DNA from: Lytechinus pictus
Taxonomy: Eukaryota
Direction: 5' to 3'
Length of the DNA stretch: 64,000 nt
NCBI RefSeq assembly: GCF_037042905.1
Contig: NC_087263.1
Location: 7,752,001 to 7,816,000 of the forward strand
The notes beneath the pieces are model-generated. The model searched no databases and was not told where the DNA came from. It saw only the letters and a list, made by a program, of their open reading frames with translations. Below, piece after piece: positions 26,701-38,000 of this stretch. The position numbers and the translations under genes are program-made. The first letter of the stretch is position 1, and every line of letters starts with the position of its first letter.

Positions 26701-29700
26701 ACATTTTTTTTTTACATCCAAAATATTGACTATGAATCTCAAAAGGTGGAACGGGCCAGAAATGCTCAACCCCCCCCCCCCCCCCCCCCCGATCTGCCAT
26801 TGATTCCAATCGATAATGACTTTTCCCTGCAATACTGATGCTTGAAATCAAGATACTGAAGATTGATATATTGTAATATAAATTATGAACGTCTGACAAA
26901 AAGATAACCAACCGATCACCTGACCGATCAGCTGACCAGTACGTGAATCACATCGTAGTTGATCAGTCCCCACAGCGTTTGGAACGCTCACCAAGAATTC
27001 AAGAAAAAAGACTGAAAATGTAAGTTTAACCTCAATCCATTAAATTTCAAATGTCGTAGAAGTTTCCTTATCGTGTTTAAAACTAATTAATACCTAAATT
27101 GTTACCATCCACTATGTATTAAGGCGTACATTTGCCAAAGTTCTTGGGTGCAAATAGAAACGGCAATGTCTAACCGGTTTTATCACTGATGTCGCCTATG
27201 AGGTCCATACATGTAATGTTTGGACCTCATTGGTACTAGGAGTGATCATACTTGGGTGCAGGAAACAGTACGGTTAGAAGTTCTAACCTGTTTTTAACGC
27301 ATTGTCGCCTATGAGGTCCATACATGCTAATGTTTGGACCTCATTGGTACTAGGAGTGGTCTCTTGCACTCTAACTTAGCCTCTAGGCACCATGCCTATC
27401 AATTCCTGTGTTAAAAAAGTGAGTGCACGCAAATCAGAAGTTGGACTTAAGTTACTAGATATTACCATGGAGCTCCATGACGAAATCTATTTTTAAATTA
27501 GACCCTAGATACTACTTATGGAAAATAATGTATAAATAGTACTCGCCTGGTCTTTTCTTGGGGTACTGAAAGCCTTTTTGTCCAGAACTTGCTCAACTTT
27601 TGCGGCTAACCTTGTCGCCATAGGGTTGTGTACATTCTCGTTTAATACTAGTTGTCACGTGACACAGCAATGTCGTTAGGCTGTTTGGTCTGTATTCAAG
27701 GCGTTCTTTCCGTTATGATTTTATATTGAAGCAAATTACATCAGGTATAGGCAGGCCCCTATCAAGTCAAAATCGAAAGCAGGGATCGAGAGGGGGGGGG
27801 GGGGGGTGGAGCCAAAAATTTCCCAGTCACATGGTATGAAAATGATATCTTTTATGATTGTCCACGATCATTAGGGCAAAACCCCTGTGTGGCAGTATAG
27901 CGTGATGAGTAAAAGAAAGAAAGAGGGCCAATGTAGGCCTACATGGCGGGTGGGAATAAAGTTGCTTTATATGTTCCAAGCGAGTGAAGCAAGCGAGAAA
28001 AAACATTTTCGTGCAAATCTAAATTTGAGATAGATATCTTACCTTACACTTTTCCTTTTCTTTCCATTAATTCCCTTCATTTATCTTTTATCTTGGTTGG
28101 AGAACATTCGGGGGCCATCACTGGGCCTAACCCTTCCATCGTGTACCCCCAGTGCAATATCAGCAGGTGGGTCTCGATACCTCTGGATATTTAGCAATTA
28201 GACCTAATTATAGAAAAACATTTTGTTAAGGTTAATTGTTTTGACCCCCCCCCCAAAAAAAAAAGGAAAAGCACATCATAGTTATACACCCCCCTTTTCT
28301 CATTTCACTTTTTCTTTTATCTTTTCCCTCCTTCTTCTTTTTTTTGGGGGATGGACCTTTTCGGGGGGCACCGCCCCTAGCTACGCGCCTACCAGATAAA
28401 GAGGCGAGCGAGCAAAGCTTTTGTCACTTTTATTACAAATATCAATTTTGCGATCATAGATTTTAACATAAAATTCTTGCATGCATTTTTCTTTCCTTTT
28501 GCTTTTTATGACCTTTTATTTCTCTTCCCTTTCCCTTTTTCTCTCTATTTCTTTCTTTCTGTCTTTCTTTCTTTCTGTCTGTCTTTCTTTCTTTTCCTTC
28601 CTTCATTCCTTTACTCTTATCCCGTTTTTTTTCTGGTGAAATCCACTGGGGATCAAGGGCCAGCCTGCATGCCCCCGGCGGCTTACGCCTCTATCTGCCG
28701 TGGATGTAGGCCTAAGCTATACGCATGATCTTAATCTTCATTATGATTCAAACTAGAGGCGCATCCAAGATTTTCCAAAGTGGGGGGGGGGGGGGGGGGG
28801 GGCTCGGGGTGAATTTTCTCAAGTAAAATTTGACAATTCTAAAAAAAGGTTCTTACCAAAAAAACCCGGTCATTTTGTCTCGCGTAAAGTTTGACAAGTT
28901 AAAAAAAAAATGGTCACTCAAAATGAAAGTCATTTTGTCCGCGTGATATTTGGCACCCCCCGCCCCCCCCCAAAAAAAAGGTTTTAACTATTGTACCGGG
29001 CTAAAGTAATGATCGAAGGTAATTTTGTCTCGTGTAGAATTTGACAAATGAAAAAAAGGTTGTCACTAAAAAAATGAATTTCATTTTGTCCCGCGTAAAA
29101 TTTGGCAAGCCCCCCAAAATTAAAAAAAAAAAGTTTCTATTATAAGGCTCGCAGGTCATTTTGTCTAGCATAAAATTTGGCAAATAAAAAAAGGTTGTCA
29201 CTGAAAAATAATAATAATAATAACAAATAGAGGTATATTTATTACCCAGAGTAACCACTTCAGTTCCGAAAACTGTTCTCCCAGCGGGCCCTGCTATTAT
29301 TACCCGAGCTTTAGCTGGGCTAAAAATGAAGGTCATTTTGTCCCACGTAGAATTTGGCAAGCCCCCCCCCAAAAAAAAAAAAAAAAAAAAAATGGAAAAT
29401 GGTTTTTAACTAATAGTGATCGAAGGTCATTTTGTCTCGCGTAAAATTTGACAATTTTTTTAAAAAGTTGTCACTAAAAAAGAAGGTCACTTTTTCCACC
29501 GTTATATTTTGCAAGCCCCCACCCCCATAAAAAGTTTGTCCCTAAAAGTGATGTATAGAAAGTCATATTGTTAATTTGTTCCCAGTAAAATTTGACAAGC
29601 AAAAAAAAGGCAAAAAAGAGAAAAGAATATGAACGAAATATCCCCATTACAAATAATGCTGTGATTCTCATAAGGGAGGGGGGGGGGGCACATAAGTAGT

Positions 29701-30252
29701 ATTAACAAAATATTTAATTCCAAAATGTTTACTATAAATCTCAAAAGGGGAACGGGCAGAAATGCTCACCCCCAACCCCTCCCCCCCCCGATCCGCCACT
29801 GATTCCAATCAATAATGACTTTTCTCTGCAATACTGATGCTTTGAAATCAAGATACTGAAGATTGATACGCTTAACATAAATTATGAACGTCTGACAAAA
29901 AGATAACCAACTGATCACCTGACCGATCAGCTGACCAGTACGCGTATCACTTCGGAGTTGATCACTCGTCGCAGCTGTGTGGAACGCTCACCATAAATCA
30001 ACAAAAAGGGCCTAAAATGTAAGTTTAACAATAATCGATTTTAATTTCAACTATTTTTACAACTAAATAAATGTTTACCGACCGAATGAAAGGTATATCG
30101 GATAACTCTAACTTGTATTAAGGTGTACATTTACCAAAGTCTTGGGTTGGAAATCAGAACAGCATTGTCCAACCCATAATTTGGGTAATGTCGCCTATGA
30201 GGTCCATACATGTTAATGTTTGGACCTCATTGGTACTAGGAGTGGTCTCTTG
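23790..30252. repeat. Three-copy diverged tandem module; copies 2 and 3 are ~2.8-2.9-kb duplicates inflated by MITEs
   Basis: Shared anchors: cactct.gg...caccgc...gtgtt (23800, 24573, 27367); gtactc(a/g)c (23959, 24733, 27539); caaggc.tt (24134, 24890, 27697); GATCA-rich block ending aaat|gtaagt (24451, 27020, 30019). 26530-27245 aligns closely with 29530-30245. Confidence 0.8.
25834..26030 (+). mobile_element. tRNA-derived SINE
   Basis: Pol III A box TGGCTCAGTCGG (25843) and B box GGTTCGATTCCC (25887), followed by a non-tRNA body. Absent from the paralogous position in module copy 3, so a later insertion. Confidence 0.8.
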
Positions 30253-30349
30253 AGCCTTACTCCTTAGCCCTTATTTATTATCAATCTTATTTTAATTTTT
30301 TTTAATTTGTAATTTAGAAATAGAGTCTAACTTTACATTAAAAGACCAA

Positions 30350-31050
30350 AAAAAGCTTCGGTCTCTGTTATATTGGTTGTTTCGCTGAACTCCGTTGGCT
30401 CTACTCACCAATTACAGAGACCGAAGTTGTAACTTGATTAGACAGCTGGCAGCCGTCTGCTTCAAGTTCAAATTTTTAAACATTTAATTTCAACTATTTT
30501 TACAACTAAATAAATGTTTACCGACCGAATGAAAGGTATATCGGATAACTCTAACAGACGGCTCGCGATCATGCAGCCGCCATTAGAGGGTTAAAAATCC
30601 AAAATCCCCCCGATGAGGCTCATTGATTTTTGTCTTTATTTCATAAAAATATATGAAAAGAACTGGACCAAAATAAAGATTATTATTCCGTTTTGGCCTA
30701 AAAAGCACCACAATGGGAAAAAATTAACTTATAAAGGAAAAAAAACAGTGACTTACTTCGGCTGTTGCGCAACTTCACTTCCCTGGTCTATCCGAACTTA
30801 ATACATAAACATATGGCCATTGAGTCCATGTACAGATTGAGTGAGAACTTTGGTCTCTGTAATTATTGAATGGAGCCAACGGAGTTCAGCAGAACAACCA
30901 TAAAACAGAGTCTGAAGCTTTTGATCTATGATTTGATCTGTACAGGGACTCAATGGCCGTTACGTTAGTTCCGAATAAACCAGGGAAGTGGGAGTTGCGG
31001 AACAGCCAAAGTCACTGTTTTTGTCCTTTTAAGTTTGTTTTTCCCCGTTT
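30350..31050. mobile_element. Rearranged foldback/MITE remnants (two overlapping inverted-repeat pairs)
   Basis: 30351-30428 is inverted relative to 30847-30923; 30740-30837 is inverted relative to 30935-31027. Confidence 0.65.
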
Positions 31051-32026
31051 TGGTGCATTTCATGTAAATGTAAAATGAGCTATCGGATTCTATGAATCAT
31101 CAATAGATTGGAGCTTATTTTGAGTGGAGTACGTTGGATTTCAAAGCTAAATTTGCTATCAAAATCAAGCTTAAATCCAGCCCATTATAATGTCGCCGTT
31201 CAGGGGTACAATCACAGAGGGGGAAATGGAGTAGCTACTTTTCTGCCCTGCCATAGGCAGTTTAGCGATACGCTGCTTTCGCAGCACTAACGCATTGACA
31301 AACGAACTAACGCAACTTTACAAATTTTGTGCACATCCGCGAGAGCATGCTAGTGCGCTTTGGCTGTGCCTAATTGAGAGTGAGACTCATTCATTTTGTT
31401 TAGATCTAATTCTAAATCTAAAAAGTTAAAACTCTGTTTCGTTTGCATGCACTATCTCACTCATTTTGACCCATATCATTGGCGTGTGGGAGTCTTGCTC
31501 TCAACTAGTTTTCCAATTTTGGAAGCCTGTATTTAGGGAAGAGTTATTGCACCTTTCACTTAAGTATGGCTGCAGCCTGTCAAGCACTCAAGAAATCCAG
31601 TAAGCTGTGCAAAAAAAAAGAAAGTTTGCAAACTTGGAACCAAATCATAGCTTTATTCAATGGACTATGTTGAATGATGGGCGGGGGACGTCAAATCACA
31701 GACGTTACATGTAGATATGGTGATACATTTAAAGATTTTAATATTCAGATTTAAGTTTAAAGATGGCCTGAGCATTGCAATTCAAAATAGGCAAATGTAG
31801 ATATATAACATTAAATCTATTTGAACCATTATCGGTGCATATTTCATTTTGTGAAAAGGTTAGAACAAAGAATATGACAGAAAAGTTCGAGATATAAATG
31901 ACAAATTATTTTGTGAAATGAGATGCTGTGTAATCTTGGTTTCTGTAGAGCTATCTCAACGTTCTTCCAATTTGTGTTTTTATTTTATTCCCCGCTACTC
32001 AGTTATTCAATAGATGTGGGTAAAAA

Positions 32027-35000
32027 ATGGATGAGGAAGTGGATATCAAGACAGCCCCGCAGCAGGATAGTAACAAGTTTGACATGCTCTGTGATGGCGT
32101 CCTCAACTCTATAGCATTAGTACAGGCAACTCTTGCTGAGGTAAAAACAAACACAAATTGCAACCTGGGGGGTGTTTCACAAAGATTTAAGTATGACTTA
32201 GAGTCGCACTGAAATGCGTAGTTGCGTGCGTCATAAAAGGCATAAACCGCATTGGTCAGTTTATGCACTACTGCGTACTGATCAATTAGATTGTGCATTG
32301 TATTTCAGATACGCATCAACATTTAAGTGCGATTTAAGTCATATTTAAATCTTTGTGAAACCCCCCCTCATTTTATTTATTTCTTCAAGTGTCTACTAAG
32401 GAGACTACTAGTTCGTAAAACAAGCCCAAAACGAACAACAACAACAACACATCTTCAATGATATAAAACTTTGTTTAATTGCTCATGAATGGAAAATGTT
32501 AAGACATTATTCAGATTATTTTGAATCAATGAAAATAATCTTTATCACCAAAGCTGTGGAAGTCAGCCATTTGATATTTAAGTTTCACTGTTTACTTAAT
32601 TAATTTAATTTTCTTTCTTTCTTGTAACTTATGTACCTTATGTTGCATAATTTCGGTACCGCAAACCCAAGCATCACCAATTGGATCTGAAAGGTTGCAC
32701 AAGACTTGAAAGAAATATTCCCTGAAACAATGCACCACAAATCTTTTACAATGAAGATGGCTGGAGAAAAATGTGAAGGGGAGGGGTTCCCCAGTTTTTT
32801 TAAGATAAATGCTCCTATCGCTGGCCTTGAATATCTCTTGAGTCCTTGCAATATTTTATTGCATTTGTACTGTTAAATAGGTGAGCCCTATAGAAAAGTG
32901 GCCTTTCCCTAGAAATAATGATATATAAGGCTGGAATTTCTTCACGTTGTGCTACACTCAACCCAGGTGAGGTGAATACATGTAGGTACACCTAGCAAGA
33001 TTAATTCATTGAATGCACTGAGCACTGCTGAAGAAGTGGCAGCACAAACTTAAGCTGGGGTACTGACAGTTACACTTTGTATTCTCTGAAAACTTTAATA
33101 GATTGTATATAAGTGAAATTTCAATTGACTTCTCCGTGGAACCTCGCACTGCTACACAAATGTTTTCATCTCGGGAATAGCTCTGGGACTGCTGAAAAGG
33201 ATTATTCTGCAAAATTCTAGGTTGAAAAAATGTAAGCCCAATTTATTTCATTCTTTATCAGTATTAAGAAAACAACCTCATGTTCTGGATCTTTAAATTC
33301 TCTTGTCAGTTCCTGTCATTAAAAGATGAACTCCTGATCCATGCTCTACCTCCGACTCTGATGGCCAGACTTATCATGGTCTCCGGTAGGATATTCAGAA
33401 GGTAAGAATTCAATGATAAAGACTTGCAACTAAATACTGATTGCTACAATAGTGTGAACCTCATCTGCACATTTTTTTTGTCCACTGAAACTTCATTCAG
33501 CAAGTACGCCAGCCTGAAAATAATTATATCTAAAATACAAGAATTCAAAGGTAAAGGCTACATCTAAATACTGGTACTGATCGCTGCATTGGTGAGAACC
33601 TCATCTGTACATTTTAACTGAAACCTCATTCATGGGTAATCCAGACTGAAAATAATTATATCTAAAATACAAGAACTCAAAGATAAAGGTTACATTTAAA
33701 TACGGGTACTGATCGCTGCAATGGTGTGAATCTCATCTGTACATATTTTTTCCACTAAATCCTCATTCATGGGTACTCCAGCCTGAAAATAATGATATCT
33801 CAAATAGGGGAGATCGGGGTTAGTTGGAACGCGGGGTAAGTTGAAACATTGTCTAATTTTCTTTAATGCCTGTAAAATAAATTGATGCAATACTGCCCTC
33901 AATTTATTGCTATTAATAATACAACATTATTGTATTATTAATAGCAATAAATTGAGAGCAGTATTGCATAAGTTTATTTTACAGGCGTTAAAGAAAATTA
34001 CATTGTTTCAACTTACCCTGTGTAACAACTAACCCCGATCTCCCCTAAATGGTACAATGTTAGTAAAATGCTGAAAATTTCATCAATATTTGATAACAAA
34101 TAACAAAGTTTATTGAATGTTAAAGTTCTGCTATATTGTGTGAAAACACACCCTAATGAATAGCTGTGCTGATGATGTCATGTCTGCAATTTCTGCTTTC
34201 TTATGTCATTACAAGAAATTATAATTATATGATATGTTTCCCTTGTAACAGAAAAGTTGCAGAAATGAATATCTTATGTATTATATCAGTTGTCAATCTG
34301 TTTCGTTTTTTTCATTCTTTGTGGACAAAATTGAATATATATAATTTCAGATAATAAATTACAAAAGAACAAAAGTGGTATGGCATCATCAGCTTGCTAA
34401 TTTCATACTCATAAAAGCATGCATAGAACTGTTTGAAATAATGGAAAATCTAAAAATGTCACAACTTTTTTTTTCCTTGTCCAATTTTGATGAAATTTTG
34501 AGTGTTTTGTGTGTTTGAATTAACCTTTTCTGTTCAAATCATATAATTTTCAGCCTCGAGTACCCCTTGAAATAAACTATTAATAACATTACTGAATAAA
34601 ATCTGAAAGATCCATGCTTCAAGCATAATTTCAGATTGTCATATAGTCCTGACTTTGACTTAATCGATGCCTATCTCTAATTTCAGCACGAATGATCTTG
34701 AGACCCCAGTCAATGAGTTGGTTAGACTGGTCCGAGTTTTCTCTGTATCCTGGGAAGAGAAGAGTGCTGCTCTGAAAAAACTTCACAATGATTACGAGAG
34801 CAAACACAAGCAGCTCAATATTGCTGTGAGAAGACTGCAACTTCTTGATTCACAGGTAAAGATATTACTACTATCATTTTCATATTATCATTATTAAGCC
34901 TTGGCCCCGTCTTAAAAAGAGTTTTATGCGATCGATCCAATCAAAGTAAACTATATGGAAATCCATCAATGTTATAATTTCTTAATCATATATTTTGCAC

Positions 35001-38000
35001 AATGTACTATGTGGATAAAGAGAAGCATACTGAATTGTCAAGGAAATGAATGCTTTAATAAACATATCTAGAAAATAATTTGAATAAACATGCATTTTTG
35101 ATGCTGATTTTGCTTGCTTTCCAAAATTGTGGTTAATCGGATCAATCGTAACTCTTTGTAAGACGGGGCCTAGACAGTACATATCCAACAATTGATGCAT
35201 TTTTTATCAGTTTTACCAACAATTGGCAACTGAATACGTTTTAAACTAATCAAATGTTCGCTGAATTTTTATTACCGATTTGAGACATTCTATTATCAAA
35301 AGTACATGTCTATGAGCTTTGATATTTGAAAAAAAGTGCAAGATAAACAAATGAAATTGCTGAAATTTAACGAATTCCAAACACTGCAACTCTTTCAATA
35401 CACGGCAATGATGGCTGCTCCGTCGACCATGCATCATTCAGCTTTGTTGAGGTGCATGTTGTATGTGCTGTACTGGGACACTTGACAGGGTCAGCTCGCT
35501 CGTTATGTCAGACCTCTCGTAGGTCATTATCATATTATTATTCTAAGGTAAAGTTCAGAGATTTGGTTGAAAATTATCTGAGGGATTTTCAGTTATTCCC
35601 AGATATGAAATGATTTTTTTAAAAGTTGAATGAAGGGGATAGGAATTGTACACTAAATTGTGTTCTTATACAATTAAGCAAAATATTTGAGTTGGTTAAA
35701 GCAAGCTTTACAAGATTTAGAGTTTTGAATCAGCATATTTACTTTGCAACACATTGAATGAACTACAATGTGATCAGTAAGAATGCAATTCTGATTGAAT
35801 TGATATTCAAGAAGTACTTTTGAATGTGTATGGCTTCATGCATATATGCATGCAAGTATTTCTAGAGTGCCCTTTGTAAATTGTAGATATCTCAATATTT
35901 TTATATGTTTTTTTCACAGGCTAAGAGAATGGCGAAGGAGAAACGCATTATGATGTGGGAGAAACTCTTCTCAAAGGTCACTAGTTGTAGAGGACATGGA
36001 AGAAGATGGAAATTCCTCATTGATAACTTCAAGCAGAAGTCTAAGTTGGGGTTGGTTCCATGAGAAATCATCATAACTAAGATCAAGCGCAAGTCTAGTT
36101 AGGATTGATTTTGTGAAAAATCCCCTTTGTTTCAGACAGTAGTCTATACTTCAAAACATGAAAGCAAGATATATGTTTAATAATAGTGATATCTTAGTGT
36201 ACCGAGACCAAGATACATTGTAGTAGCATCCGTCTAGAGACTGGCAAAGTACTGTACAACTTTGATTGCTATAAACGAACCAACCCAAGTAAAACCTGCC
36301 GACTTTATTTTTTTTCAAACTTGACCCAACCCCAAATGCACCAACCGACCCTACTTTTAATTAATTTTCTACATTATTTGAAAAAATGAAATAATCCATA
36401 TTGTGAGCACAGGACACTTATGCCTGACTGACCCTCGATCTCTAGTAAAAATAGATCTGACAACTTTCATATCATACAGTGTATGGTAACTTCAGTTAAA
36501 AAAAAAACTGACTGACCGACTGTCCATAATATTTTTCCTCTTACAAAAAACAAACATTTTTGTGTCGGCCTTAATGGATTATTTTTATTTTTAGAAAATA
36601 CCCACAAAAGCAGATTTGTTTGTTAATGATTGTGATGATAGTACAGAATAGTTTTGGATATATATATATATATTTTTGAGTTTATGGTTGTAATGATAAT
36701 CAAGGAAACTATGGGATAAATGCATACTTTTCATTTACATCAATAGGATGGAACATCTGCAAGCATACATTGAGTCACTGGATAAAGAACCTGATTCTGA
36801 CGGAGAAGGTGGTGATAAGGACGAAAGCAATGAATTTGATGGGCGGAGCCAGTCATCAGTGAATGAACTACAATTACTCAGCTCAGTATGTATTACATCT
36901 GATTGTAATAATATAAATATTTGTACCTGTCATATGTCCTATGTAACACCCTGTTCTCATATACATCCATAAACTAGTTTAATGTAAACCAATTAAGTAG
37001 AAACCAGTTTTAGTGGAAAAGAGACGCTCGAAGCAGTCTCGATCTCAGGTGGTCTTGCAAACCAGTTTGGAAAACCACCTCGCGAAGTGGTTTTCAAGAC
37101 AACTCAAACTAGTTTAAGCGTATGTGAGGACACAACCGTTTTTCGGGAAACCATCTTAGCACATGTTTTGCATGCTTCTCTGTACACACACAAATTTTGC
37201 TCAAAACATGGGACTCCAGCTCCCTTAGCAACAAGAACACTCCAAATGAAGTGGTTCTGGAAACAAGTTCAGGAGATGGTGATGAGGATGCTAGCAAAGC
37301 AATCTTATTAATTTGTTTCCTAAACCGGTTTAAGGAAAACCAGTTCAAGAAAGTAGATGAAAATAGGGTCTCAGTAAGTTAGTACAAGAAATAAATGATG
37401 ATCTATTCGATGTTTTCTACATAATATTGTTTACATGACTTTATATCTAACCATCATCGCAATTGACGTATTGCGTTGTCAACAAGACTGTATGATTCTT
37501 GTATACATGACTTTATCTTGTCTACATTGCTGTTTATCTGACCCTTGTGTATATATGGATTGTATCTTGTTGTGTGGCTGGATATCTTACTATTGTCTAC
37601 ATTATGATGTCTGTATAAAGTACAGACTCAAATTTGACACTTTAACCAAAACCATGTCTAGAGTGAAGACTAGACGCCAAACGCTGTCATGTGTCAAATC
37701 CCCAGCCACAGTACATAGTGAATGTAGTCTCACTACTTCAGACTCTGCATTATGCACTATGGGAATTGCGGAAATCAAGGGTCTGTGCCTGCAGACTATC
37801 ATTATGATGCATTGTTTACTCTATTGCTTTTGTCTTGTAGTCTGATGAACTTGATTTCACCGAGGAGTCTGATGAAGATGATGAGGTCAAAGGTCACGAG
37901 AGTACAGCTAGGGCGACCGTACAGACGCAGAGAGATGAATTAGATAGTGATATAGTCACTCCAGCGAGCAAGGTAGGAAACTTTCATTTTTGTCTCACCT

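Noticed and set aside
27189..27360. pre-miRNA, SECIS or hammerhead ribozyme reading of the conserved hairpin
   Set aside because: Hairpin too short with a 3-4-nt loop for a canonical pre-miRNA; ATGA is Watson-Crick paired rather than in a GA quartet; no CUGANGA/GAAA core found.
31566..31605. Upstream coding exon MAAACQALKKS with donor A|GTAAGC
   Set aside because: Splicing to the ~32002 or ~32013 acceptor gives a stop or the wrong frame, and TAA precedes ATG 32027 in frame; at most a 5' UTR exon with a uORF.
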